This document shows positions 1 through 11,102 of a stretch of DNA of 64,000 bases, in pieces. Origin of the DNA: Eledone cirrhosa. Taxonomy: Eukaryota. The stretch spans positions 13,454,001-13,518,000 of the forward strand of contig OZ024750.1 of the NCBI GenBank assembly GCA_964016885.1, given 5' to 3'. A program made the translations under genes and the position numbers. The notes below the pieces were generated by a model. The model saw only the letters and a program-made list of their open reading frames with translations. It did not search any database and was not told the DNA's origin. Positions within the stretch are counted from its first letter, which is position 1. Every line of letters begins with the position of its first letter.

Positions 1-340
1 ACAGCTGATACTAAAATGTGAAGAAACTGCTGAAAATAAATAAGTTTATACTGAATTCTATGAATCTTTTCTGGAAAGTAGTAGAAATATTTTAAGTGTA
101 TCAATAAAAATCTAAATGTATACAAAAAGTAAAACAATTGCTTAAATTATCACTTCACACAAAAGTCAAGGGGAAAAATACAAGCAAAAATTCTTCCATT
201 AAAATATCCACACTCAAAAGCAAGTTTATATTGGAAGAAATGGCAAGTCTAAAAATGTTTTGGATTTTTCTTTTCTGGGTGTCTAAGATGAACAATCCAG
301 TCAGAAATTAATCTAAAGTTTTGTTAACATTATAAATTAT

Positions 341-3300
341 TTAAGGATCACTAGTAGCATCAAACTGTGTGTTCAGCTTGCTGCAGGGTAAGGCTTCGCT
401 GTCTCCAGCTAATTCATTCTTCTTTTCAAGATGATCAAAGAAAGCAGCTCCTGGGGTAAGTTGATCATTCATAGCATCTTCAAGTTGGTCATTTGACAAC
501 GGTTGTAATACACTTGGTATATCCTCAACTTGAAGTTGATCACTGCCTGATGAAACAAACTCAAGTTGGTTTGATAGTGGTGAATGATTTGTATCATTGG
601 GGGATTTAGGAAGCAAACCATTTGACTTCACAGGAATTTCACAGTCTGAAAACTTTACTTTAGAAGGAATATCCCCATCTCCTTTTTCAGGAAAACAATG
701 GTTTTCCTTCTCAACTGCCAAAGAAACGGCAGTTACTGAAGGGTCTTCAGCATTATGAGATTCATCATCATCTTCATCATCTTCATCACTTCCAATTTTT
801 GAAAATGGCTTTGTCTCACTAACAGCAAGCTCAATTTTCATTGGTACACCTTTATCCAGATTATCTTTGCCTGAACAAGATGGAAATCCATTTGGTAGTT
901 CGTCTGCATTCCCATATTTATTCTTGTCCTTTACTTCAATTTCTACATCAGACAACTTCTTGTGGCAAGATAACAAAGAACTTCTGGTGGGTAAGTCTCC
1001 ATCTGCTAGCAGCTGGGTTCCTGGTGCCACCAAAGTAGCTTCTGAATCATTGGTTAGTTGATCTAATATTGAAGTGTCATCAGAAAGTTCATTAAAAAGT
1101 GCTAATTTTTCAAGTAAACCTTTAGATAAAGTATTTTCACCGAGATCTTCTTTCAGTCTCCAGTAAGAAAGTTCATTGTACAGGATGTCAGATATTTTCT
1201 TAACTATTTTATGAGAGCAATCTGCCACTGATTGGTTTTTGAACTCTATTAGATTATCATAAAGATTAGAGATAAAGTGGTTGAAATTGATGTCTTGTTC
1301 AGAAAAGGACTGACGCAATAAAACCAATACCTTTTGTTGAATGTCATTAATAAGAAAGCCAGAAGATGTTTCATCTTTGTGAAAGTTGATTATTGGAACT
1401 AGTTGTTTAGAAATTTCCTTAATTATTTCTGAGACATGCTGGTTATCACTTTTTATAGCTGCCATATCTGAAACAGAGCTCTCAGTTCCTTGGTCCACAG
1501 CACTGTGGCTTGGACGGCTTGGTTCTCTATTTAGCAGTTTTTCTTTACATTCAGTTTTTTGTTGTTTTGTTGCTTGATTTAATGCTTTCTTTAAATTTAT
1601 AGCAGATTCGCCCAATGAATCTTTAGCAAAATGTAGGTCTGTAATTGAAACAGGAGCTGACATCCTTGTTCCTTCATTATCAAATTCCCCAACTGGTAAA
1701 GAATCGTGGGTTTTCCTTCTTAATGCTTCATGTACTTTAGGATTACTAGGAATAACTACAACTCTGTTAGATGCCAGACAACGATCATCAAGTTTAGGAT
1801 TATAACTTCTATGTTTTGATTGCTCATGTTCTAATAGAGCATCTACAATATGCATTATGCGATCCCGTTTTACATTAGAATCAAAACTCTGGAGTTTCTG
1901 AAATAAAGAGATCATATATTTAGGATGTTTTTCATTCTGGGAAATAAGTTTTGCCACTTCTGCATAGATATCTGACTTGAGAGAGTCAAAACTATTAGAA
2001 TCTAGATGATCTGTCATGTTTTCTCTCTTTGTAGTTTCTGATTCACACTGATTCACAAGGTCAGCTGTTGTTCTATTTGACCACGAAGAACTTTCATTTT
2101 TGGTTTTCTTACTGTGTGAATTGTTACTAGTAGGCTTGTGGTAAAATTTTGCACAAGTATTAGTTCCATCTTGTTTGAATTCCAATGTTGGGTTCTGAGA
2201 TGATTTTAATTTCCTTTTACCATCCTCGGATGTTATCTTAGATGATGAGTTAGCAGTGTGTTTTGGCCGAGATGAGGCAGATAATTTTTTAGACTTTACT
2301 GGGACATCGACTGCAGTGTCTTTATTTGTGTTAGAAAAGCTCCAAAAATATGAACAAGTCTGACTACAACCTTTAGGACATTTTTCAGCACTTTCCTTAT
2401 CACAATACTGTTTGTTTAAATACCGACGTCGAAAGTTTTTGTCTGAAGAATTTGTTCTTTTTCTTGATTTAGTGGTGGGAATTGTTGAAGAAACCATGTT
2501 GTTACTTTTAGATTTAGTTTTCTGCACAGCATCAGGTTTTAGCAGGGAACTAGAAAACCTATTACCACAGAGGTTTGAATTTTGAGGGTAAGGCTCCCAA
2601 TAGAATTGTTTTGGTTTCTTCCATTGGTTGGTACCTGTTGTAAATGAATTCTGAAAATATGAATTGCTTGTAGAAGAATCATTTCTTGACGACTGTAAAA
2701 CCAATGTGTGAAGTTGACGTTGTAAATTATTCATTTCAGATTGTTGAACAGAAAGTTGTTGAAAACACTGACTCAATGCTAATAAAATCTGCTGTTGTGA
2801 AGCTGAGCCTTGAACTTCAGATGTTAGCAAAGGATTAGATTGCCAATACATATTAGCTTGTTGGTTGGCATCAAAAGCAAAGCCACTGCTATTTTGATAT
2901 CTCATCATATGTAATTGATGACGAAGTTGTTGCTGTTCACTTAGTAGTTCTTGATAAGTGTTGGTCATTTTGTCCATTTGTCTTTCAAGTATATTCAATG
3001 GACTGCCTTCAGACTGCAAACTTTCATCATGTTCATCTTCTTGAATTATATATTCTGCAGCACGTATGTTTTCCTGCTTTCGAACAAAGCCACCATTAGT
3101 TCGACCAAATTGCTTTTGATTTGGTGGGTTCCCCTTGGAATTAGTACGTTGGCAACAATATTTATTCCTTTTTCCAGTAGGATAGCTCCCTCTAGATTCT
3201 AACGGCATACAGCCAAATAAACCTGGTTGAGATTGTTTAACAACATGCCTCCTGGCATCTTTTTCAATAGTATAAGTTTCTTTACTAGAAGATTCTCCCC

Positions 3301-6025
3301 CTTCTTCTGCATCCCTGACCACATCACTTAAGTAGTCATCATCCTCATTAAATTCTTCATTAATATCCTCTCCTTCATCATCATCACCCTCCTCCTCCTC
3401 CTCTTCATCATCATCATCTCTATCACAACCTTCATTTATGTTCTCAAAATTATCTGCTGTAGAACCACCCCAAGTTGCCATAGTTACATCTGCACTTGTA
3501 TTAGCGCCTAGGAAGTCAGTAGAATAAGACACTGAATCACTCTGATTATCTTGGTTACGAGAATAATTACGTTTAGGTTTATCCTTGTGCATTAAATCTT
3601 CCATTTCTTTCTTTCTTTGCCTAAGTTCTTCTCTTTGAATTCGTTCTTTCCTCATTTTATTGTAGAGTTCATCATTTGAAGAATAAGTCATTTGGTTAAG
3701 ATCCTGTATTTCTGGTTCTGGAGCAAAAGTTACTTCGTTAGTTTTATCACGATCAGATTTCTCCCCCTCTTCATTCCAACCAGGTAAACTATCGTGGAAG
3801 TTTAAAAGCTGCTGATGGAAAGAGAGAAGTCTTTCACGTTGTTCCTTCAGGCGATCTACTTCAAGTTGTTGTTCTTGCATTTTCATTTTAAGTTTAGCAG
3901 ATTTATTTTGTAAAGGAATTAATGGATCTTGACTTACTTGAGAAAAGGCAGCTTCGTTAGCTGAGGGCGAGGCAGCAGCCTCTGATAAACCAGATGACCT
4001 TGACTGTTTTTTGTTAAGACTTTGATTATCAGACTGAGCAAGAACTTCTGCTAATTCTTCTGCAGTTTCTTCATGAGTCTCTTCAGTTGAATCATTTAGT
4101 TTATTAATTAATTTTTGAAGATGTCTTAAACGATCTTTTGCCTCTTGGAGTTCATTCAGTTTATCACGTACTCCAGGTTGGGTTATTAATGAACCAAGTT
4201 CAGTATTAAAATCTTCCTCAAAATCAGACATGTTTTGAGTATGGTTTGATTCAGAATATTTGTCAGATGCTTCACATGAAGAACTTTTAATATGATGGCC
4301 ATTTTGTGTTTTATCCCCTTCTTCGGTAGAGATTCCGTCTTTTGCTTCAGTAGCTTCATCTCCCTCAGCACAAACCCGATATTCTTTAAATAGTGACCTT
4401 AGGTGATTCAGTCGTTCTCTTACTCCAAGTAATTCTTCCCATTTTTCATTAGGCTCAGGAAAATCCTCTTCTGGAGAATCGGTTTTTTCTGTAATGCTTT
4501 CAGAATTCTGCACACTGTTTTCAGTGTTTTCTGGGTTGTTATTCATCTGTGACATTTCATCAGCACTTTGGGCACGCAAAGATTTAACATAATGCAGTAG
4601 GTCATTAACACATCTTCGTTTCTCTTGAAGATGTTTTAATTTATTTTGTAAAGAAAGGCGCCCTTGACAGATTCTTTCTTGGAAATCAGAAGTATCAAAT
4701 GTGAGATTCTCTAAGTTAACTGTTATTAAATTGTCATCTGATTGTGGATTTGACAATGGTAGGTTATTTTGCATTTTCCTACATTCTTCACTGTCATCTT
4801 CTATGGTATTTTCTGCAGGTTGGTTATCTCTCTGGTGTAAGACAAAGTCAGGGGCTGTTGTGTTATCCATTGTTGGTTCTTGTAGTAATCTCTGTCTCTC
4901 TCTTGCTTCAGCCAATTTATGAACAGCATCTTTTTCTATGGCTAACAAAGCAGTCTGACGTTCTTGTAATTGTTTAAGTTGTTCTTTTTGTTCCATTATT
5001 TGTTTCAACAAAATTTGTTGCTGCTCTATAGATGTCAAATCATCCCTTTTTTCAGTAATGGTAGATTCAAAATTGTGTAAAGCTGCATCAGAAGCTTGTG
5101 AATCAACTGAATCTGTGTCTTCTGATGATTCTCCTTTTGAAGTTTCATTAGGGTTAGAATTACCATTTAATAGAGCTCTTTTACGAATAAGCCATAATTT
5201 CTGTAAGATTTCCATGTAACTGCTCTCTTGTTCCTCTAAGGAATTCAGGACTTGAGTCAGCTTACTGATTTTCCGATGATCAGTTGGGTCATCTGATTCT
5301 TCTAATGTATCTATCATTAATTTAATTTGTTTTCTATAATCTTTGATTTGCATCATTCTAGCAACAATTTGATTACTGTCAGTAATAGCTTCTTGGGTTC
5401 TGTCCTGCGAAACGTTATTTTTAGCGCCCTTTTTCTCATCATTCTTTTCTTTTTCTTCGTTTTCTTCACTTTGATAAAGAGCCTCTCCTACACGGTTCTT
5501 ATTTTTCTTCATTTTTTTATTTTTCCGTGATTCACTATCAGAATGGCGATGATGTTCACTAGTAGTGCTAGATGTGTCCTGGCGATTATAATTGGGAGGC
5601 ATGTCACGTCGATTAAATGTCACTGTCTTTTCATTATTTTTTTCATCATCGCTACTCGCTTCATAATCATCAAAACTGAAGCGTTGTTTTAAATTTTCTA
5701 ATTCTATTCTCTCAGTTATATCAGCATTTGGAGGCAATTTCGTACGAGAATATGATGACGGAGTATGTTGGCGTCGTTCTGTAGGGGAAGGAAGATCTTG
5801 TAACAAGGACTGACCTCTTTCGCGTTCCCTTTCGCGGTTACCTTTCTTACGTCGCTTATTTGATTCAATCGTTGACTCTTTCCATTCACTAACCTCTAAA
5901 TTATTTGGCCGCAGTTCGTTCTGAATGCTATTCATACTAACTGCATCATCTGACGTACTTTGCCAGCCTGAGCGGGCATGAGAATCTGACGAAGATCCTT
6001 TTGATGGTGATCCTCCTGTTGCCAT
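341..6025 (-). CDS. PCM1: Pericentriolar material 1 (centriolar satellite scaffold), single coding exon, ~1894 aa
   Basis: Uninterrupted 5.7-kb ORF. The ATG at 6025 gives MATGGSP (vertebrate PCM1 starts MATGGGP). It also has multiple coiled coils, the conserved ATWGGST motif, a PCM1_C-like segment 'FDSLKSDIYAEVAKLISQNEKHPKYMISLFQKLQ' and an acidic 'ETKPFSKIGSDEDDEDD' C-terminal motif. Confidence 0.92.
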   Translation of the reverse strand: MATGGSPSKGSSSDSHARSGWQSTSDDAVSMNSIQNELRPNNLEVSEWKESTIESNKRRKKGNRERERERGQSLLQDLPSPTERRQHTPSSYSRTKLPPNADITERIELENLKQRFSFDDYEASSDDEKNNEKTVTFNRRDMPPNYNRQDTSSTTSEHHRHSDSESRKNKKMKKNKNRVGEALYQSEENEEKEKNDEKKGAKNNVSQDRTQEAITDSNQIVARMMQIKDYRKQIKLMIDTLEESDDPTDHRKISKLTQVLNSLEEQESSYMEILQKLWLIRKRALLNGNSNPNETSKGESSEDTDSVDSQASDAALHNFESTITEKRDDLTSIEQQQILLKQIMEQKEQLKQLQERQTALLAIEKDAVHKLAEARERQRLLQEPTMDNTTAPDFVLHQRDNQPAENTIEDDSEECRKMQNNLPLSNPQSDDNLITVNLENLTFDTSDFQERICQGRLSLQNKLKHLQEKRRCVNDLLHYVKSLRAQSADEMSQMNNNPENTENSVQNSESITEKTDSPEEDFPEPNEKWEELLGVRERLNHLRSLFKEYRVCAEGDEATEAKDGISTEEGDKTQNGHHIKSSSCEASDKYSESNHTQNMSDFEEDFNTELGSLITQPGVRDKLNELQEAKDRLRHLQKLINKLNDSTEETHEETAEELAEVLAQSDNQSLNKKQSRSSGLSEAAASPSANEAAFSQVSQDPLIPLQNKSAKLKMKMQEQQLEVDRLKEQRERLLSFHQQLLNFHDSLPGWNEEGEKSDRDKTNEVTFAPEPEIQDLNQMTYSSNDELYNKMRKERIQREELRQRKKEMEDLMHKDKPKRNYSRNQDNQSDSVSYSTDFLGANTSADVTMATWGGSTADNFENINEGCDRDDDDEEEEEEGDDDEGEDINEEFNEDDDYLSDVVRDAEEGGESSSKETYTIEKDARRHVVKQSQPGLFGCMPLESRGSYPTGKRNKYCCQRTNSKGNPPNQKQFGRTNGGFVRKQENIRAAEYIIQEDEHDESLQSEGSPLNILERQMDKMTNTYQELLSEQQQLRHQLHMMRYQNSSGFAFDANQQANMYWQSNPLLTSEVQGSASQQQILLALSQCFQQLSVQQSEMNNLQRQLHTLVLQSSRNDSSTSNSYFQNSFTTGTNQWKKPKQFYWEPYPQNSNLCGNRFSSSLLKPDAVQKTKSKSNNMVSSTIPTTKSRKRTNSSDKNFRRRYLNKQYCDKESAEKCPKGCSQTCSYFWSFSNTNKDTAVDVPVKSKKLSASSRPKHTANSSSKITSEDGKRKLKSSQNPTLEFKQDGTNTCAKFYHKPTSNNSHSKKTKNESSSWSNRTTADLVNQCESETTKRENMTDHLDSNSFDSLKSDIYAEVAKLISQNEKHPKYMISLFQKLQSFDSNVKRDRIMHIVDALLEHEQSKHRSYNPKLDDRCLASNRVVVIPSNPKVHEALRRKTHDSLPVGEFDNEGTRMSAPVSITDLHFAKDSLGESAINLKKALNQATKQQKTECKEKLLNREPSRPSHSAVDQGTESSVSDMAAIKSDNQHVSEIIKEISKQLVPIINFHKDETSSGFLINDIQQKVLVLLRQSFSEQDINFNHFISNLYDNLIEFKNQSVADCSHKIVKKISDILYNELSYWRLKEDLGENTLSKGLLEKLALFNELSDDTSILDQLTNDSEATLVAPGTQLLADGDLPTRSSLLSCHKKLSDVEIEVKDKNKYGNADELPNGFPSCSGKDNLDKGVPMKIELAVSETKPFSKIGSDEDDEDDDESHNAEDPSVTAVSLAVEKENHCFPEKGDGDIPSKVKFSDCEIPVKSNGLLPKSPNDTNHSPLSNQLEFVSSGSDQLQVEDIPSVLQPLSNDQLEDAMNDQLTPGAAFFDHLEKKNELAGDSEALPCSKLNTQFDATSDP

Positions 6026-6075
6026 GACTTCAAAACAAGCAACAACCACCAAAAATCGGGAAATCAAATAATGGA

Positions 6076-6146
6076 CTAATAAGTGAAATATGTTAGTTTG
6101 TCTTTATACATATAAAGCAGTCATACTGAGAGAAAGATGAGCTTAC
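6076..6146 (-). other. Probable 71-nt intron in the PCM1 5' UTR
   Basis: Minus-strand donor TTG|GTAAGC at 6146 and acceptor tttcacttatTAG| at 6076, 50 nt upstream of the ATG. Confidence 0.5.
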
Positions 6147-6194
6147 CAAATTTAGTCACTATGTTTCGAATTTTCCAAGAACAGAATACTAGAC

Positions 6195-6480
6195 TATTAA
6201 CTTCCGTCGGAGAAAAACTTTTCGTGGAGGAGGGGGGGGACCAAGTTGTTAACTTATTTACATCTCGTAAAAAGTTCGATATTTTAGACAATTATTTCTT
6301 TTAGACATATTTTTAATTTTTTAGAAAATAATTATAGTATTTTATTTAGGTTATTAAATGACTTTATATATTTTATATAAAAATAAGACATAATTTCCAG
6401 CGGAAGTTAATGAATTGTCCCTAACAGCGCAGCTGCGCATGCGTATACCAGACTTCTGCTGTAATGTCTTCAGTGACGAA
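6195..6480. promoter_or_regulatory. Putative bidirectional promoter shared by PCM1 and GAPVD1
   Basis: Oppositely oriented ETS/GABP-type cores ACTTCCG (6200-6206) and CGGAAGT (6401-6407), NRF1-type palindrome TGCGCATGCG (6434-6443) and CRE half-site TGACG (~6474). These lie between divergent genes, and plus-strand donors AAG|GTGGGT follow at 6483 and 6505. Confidence 0.6.
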
Positions 6481-8254
6481 AGGTGGGTCATTAAAACTTG
6501 AAAGGTGGGTCATTTATTATTATTACGCTTTATTATTTCTGCTTAGAACTTTTTACTATTTTTATTTTAGCTGTATGACACCTGTTAATGATTATGATGA
6601 AGGCATTGACGTAGTTTTCATTTATTCAAATCTTCTGGTTTACTCTTTTAGTTTCGTATTACTATTATTATTATTGTTATTACAATAAATATGAAGAGGG
6701 TCGTCTCCAAACTCTGCAGTTTATTTCTTATAGATAGTTTAATAAACACTTTATATACAGACTTAAAATTACATTTATTATTTCTATACCTCTCTTCTGT
6801 CATTCATATATGATTTACTCGTTGTTTTATTTACTTTAATTCATAATTTTAAATGTTATGACTAAAAATCGCATCAGTTAATGAGTTCGGATGTTGCAAC
6901 GATGGAAAGTATTTAGTTTCTAGTTGCAGAGGAAGTAAGATTTATGCCATAAGTTAGCATCTGGGAGAACTGACCTATATGAAGCTGTGTAGACATTAAC
7001 TATAGAACACATATATATATGTGTCTATATATATATATATTTGTATGTGATGTATATACTCGCATCGTTCGTGTTTGTAAACTCAAGGTTGACAGTAGAA
7101 CAATATAAATGGTATAAGTTAATCCATCTTCTAATGCACGTTGTTGTATTTAAAACAAACAACAAATAATACAATTCTCTGAAGTTGGCTCCAAGTACTG
7201 TGTTGTTGTTTTACTTTTTGTTTTGTTTTCATTCTCCCGCCCCCCTCTTCATTTGTCTAAGTTATGTTTTTCAAAATCAATTTTCAAGTGTCATCACCGA
7301 TATGTTTTTTCTAACCATAGCATGTTGTTTATCATATGACAGTTATATACATCGCAGCTTCACCTCCTCAATTTTAGGACACTTGTCAGCTTCCATTTAC
7401 ATTAAATACTATTTTCTAATAGTTTGAGATTTCACAAAAAGGTATATATATATTTATTAAAATAACAGATTAAAGTTTAAGCAAAGAATCGCTGCTTTAA
7501 CCCTTATATCCAGGAAGCTCCAACCGTTAAGGTTGCATTTTTTCAGGGTATGTCAATATTTATTTATAAAACTAATCTATATTTTATCTGATGAAAGCGC
7601 ACCATAATCTGCCTTGGTGGCCCTTGAAATATGTATAATAAAATAAATATGGTTTTATAAATATAGTTTCCATTTGTTAATATATTGTATATTTACTCCA
7701 ATAATTTGTTGAGTGTTTTATATCAGTTATAAAAATATTTTAGCTTGTATCCCAACAAATTAAATATAAACTCTACATATATATATATGTGTGTGTGTGA
7801 TTTGATTTTAAAACTTTCTTTTAAATCTAGTAAAATACTATGATTGATTTAATTATAATCTAATTAATATTCAGTATACAGTTTTTAAAAATATAAAGTT
7901 TTGTTTAATTGTTATATCGTAGTTATAATTCCTTCTCTTGTTTCTGCATCACACCCCTTACGAGTACTAGCTTAGGAAATATATACAATGTGAATAAGGT
8001 ATCTTAAAGATCCTAAATTGACACACTATGAAAGAAATATCGCTAATTTCTATTTACTGACATCGTTTTCTCTCGAAACATTTTTTTTAAATTACAAAGT
8101 CTTGCCCCATATTTCAAATATGTTTGCATAACATAGATCCAGTTATATTGTTGAGAATGTCGTATTAATCTGTTAGGGGACTAGGGGAGCTTGACAAGCA
8201 GCTGACTTTGACATTGTTTAGTCCTTATGTCTGATCGAGTAAACTTATCAAAAA

Positions 8255-8480
8255 AGATGTTCCAACCGTGATCATCCTGTATTTTTTTTTTTGTAAATAC
8301 GTGGGGGTATAATTCGAGGGAGATTTGGCCGCTAGCCATGGAAGATAGAGTGATCATATAAAAGTTTGGCATTGTAATTCATTACAAATATAATAAAGAT
8401 TGGGAAACCGTGGCGTTGGAATTTTTGCTACAAGATTAGCTTTTGCTATAGGAATATCGAGGGAGTCAGCTGGACTTGGT
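8255..8480 (+). mobile_element. Degraded fragment of an RLE-type (CRE-like) non-LTR retrotransposon, C-terminal part
   Basis: Broken frames read 'PLAMED...ETVALEFLLQ..ISFAI', resembling the C-terminus of the elements at 54.7-55.8 kb. Confidence 0.3.
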
Positions 8481-9009
8481 AAGATGTGGTTTATTGGCGT
8501 TGTATCACTTAGTTTAGTGACCCCGCCCCCTACGATTTTGTTTTCTCAGACTTTTTTAATGTCTATTTATGAATGAAATTTTGCAGTGAAGCGTTTCCGA
8601 AGGTGTTGATTACGATTATGTTAAATGAATATAAAAAATAAAAATAATATCCGCAATTCAAAGTTGATGTTGCCTTCGTGTAGCAAATTCTGTGACATTA
8701 TCCTAAATATTAATCTTTAACAGCATGAAATTGGGAGATATCATTATCAGATTTCCGAGATTATATAAATGAAAGCCGAATTGAAAAAACATTATTAAAA
8801 AAATAAAATGCTTATCAACATAATCGTAAACCACATCATGGGAAATATATCTGCAGAATTTAAAATATATATATATGAAGAATGTTGTTTTACAGAAGTT
8901 CACTACTTGGTGTGAAGTTGTTTTATGCTGTAATTCAACTGGTGATAAGAATTGAAATACTTTCTAAAGAAAGGAAATATCACCATTAGAACAAAATAGA
9001 TCAAAACCA

Positions 9010-9086
9010 TTCTTCTCCTTCTTCTTCTACTTCTTCTTCTTTTTTTTCTTCTTCTTTTTCTTCTTTTTCTTCTTCTTCTTCTTCTT
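9010..9086. repeat. (CTT)n-type microsatellite adjoining a retroelement 3'-end fragment (to ~9230)
   Basis: Imperfect ctt repeats. The adjacent 'ccaactgatctggttggacccca' motif recurs at ~11970 and ~61980. Confidence 0.7.
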
Positions 9087-11102
9087 GGGGCAGAATCCTT
9101 AAACATTCCTTGTAGTTGGTCCTATGAGAGGCAACTGTCTCCAACTGATCTGGTTGGACCCCAAGTGAGACCAGTTGAGCTCAAGGAAGTTATCTACCCA
9201 TCTTGCTCTGGGTCTCCTGCTGTTGGCGACACCTTTATATATATATGTGTGTCTGTGTGCATATATAATATATTATTTATATATGCGTGTGTGTGTATAT
9301 ATATATATATTATTGAATTCACCTCAGTGTGTGTTTTCTATCTATTTTAATTGCCCCCACCCCTCCGAAAAAAAAGGATGTAAAAAGTTGATACCCAGCA
9401 GGATTTCAACTGATAATGTTGGCATGCAATGATAGAATGTGATTTAAGAGAGATTGGCTGGTATTTTTAGTGAGTCAAGGAACCACAGTAGTTTCCAATG
9501 GTGTTGGTATTATATAAGAAGTATAAATGTGTCAATTAATATACAGAGGAGTTGTGTTGATACTAATAATTACCTTATATACATAATTTATCTTAGTTGA
9601 ATCTCCTCAACTTTAATGTAATTAACTTCACATGCTCTCTTGTAAATTTGTAAGTCATCTATGTACATATCTCTGGTCATTTATCTTAAATAGCACTAGC
9701 AACAATTATATAGAAATAATTATGGAATAATTGTGGAATTCAACAGAAGAGTTATAGGAGGAAATCTGTTCATTTCAAGGAACTGAACAGCTAACTTGTT
9801 AAATTAACCTATATGTGGCTGAATAAATTCCACAAACCAAATCAGCTTGATATGGTTGCACTTTAGAATTATAGGTACAATTCATCTGACAGTTTCAGAC
9901 AGTTTCTGTTTTCCAAATTTTATTCACAATGCTTAGATCAACCTTGAGGCTATAATAATGATAAGCAGGATACGATCAACCTTGAGGCTATAATAATTGT
10001 TTCTACTTTAGGCACAAGGCCAGCAATTACCCAGTGCATTACTGGTACCTTGAGGCTATAATAATGATAAGCAGGATACAACAGAGTTGAATTGAAACTG
10101 AGGTTTTATGATTGCAAAGTAGGATTTTTAACTACTCATTCATGCCTGCATCCAAATATTTATGTATAAGAAATCATTTTGGAACTAAATTTTCTTGAGA
10201 AAGTTTGATGGTTTAATTACTGCAATTTCATGAATTCAGACCTGCTTGGCTCATATCAGCCCAAATCTATGAAAGTTAAATATTCTCCTGTCGAGTTGTA
10301 TATACAGTTATCATCATCATCATTTAGCATCCACTTTCCCTGCTAGCAAGGGTTGAACAGGTCTACATAGATCAAGTCAGTACTGAAACAGGGTTATTGA
10401 TTGCCCACACTAGATGAGGGCAATGTCTTCTCCCTCTTTCTGTTTTACACACACACACACGCACACTCTCTCTCTCAACAAATGACGTTCTTTTCTCTCT
10501 TTATCTATATACATTTCTCTTGCTTGGTGCTCCCCCTCTCTATATATAGTTGAGGGTGAAGCCATAACTTTCTATCACCTCAAAAACACATGGCTTTCCC
10601 TTTTCTCTCTCTCTATCTACATACATATCCCTCGCCTGGCACTCCTCCTCTCTATATAAAGTGAGCATGATGGACAGAGGTGTGGACAGACAGACAGTGT
10701 TCTCATTATAATATAGATTATAATCTAATTATATAGCAATGAATAGAAACCATATGATCATATTTGAGTTGTCTTTTGAAGGCCATCTCGTTCAAAGTAC
10801 TGTTTAGCAAATGAATAAAACAATTTCATCCTCCCTTCCACTCGTCTACTGATAAGCTTTGGCCTTTGTTCTAATACTTTAAGATACCATGCACAGGGTA
10901 TCTCTAATTTAAATTGTTAACCTCTAGTTTGGAGATATCATTAATTTATTTAATTGCCTGTCTATGTATTTTGGTTTCATGCATATGTCACTTCTTCATG
11001 ATATTCAACAGGTAATATATTTATTTTTATAAAATTTTAAAATAAAAGAAAGAAATGTTTGCATATTAAAAGAAAAAAACATGAAATTAAAGGAAGTTGG
11101 AA

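Noticed and set aside
841-5530. Short ORFs overlapping PCM1 (and 28881-29245, 46975-47163)
   Set aside because: Antisense or alternative-frame shadows of real exons with no independent evidence.
6026-6067. N-terminal extension MISRFLVVVACFEV on the PCM1 ORF
   Set aside because: Starts at a non-ATG codon. The ATG at 6025 matches the conserved PCM1 N-terminus.
8903-9106. Arg/Lys-rich protamine-like ORF
   Set aside because: It is the translation of a (GAA)n microsatellite.
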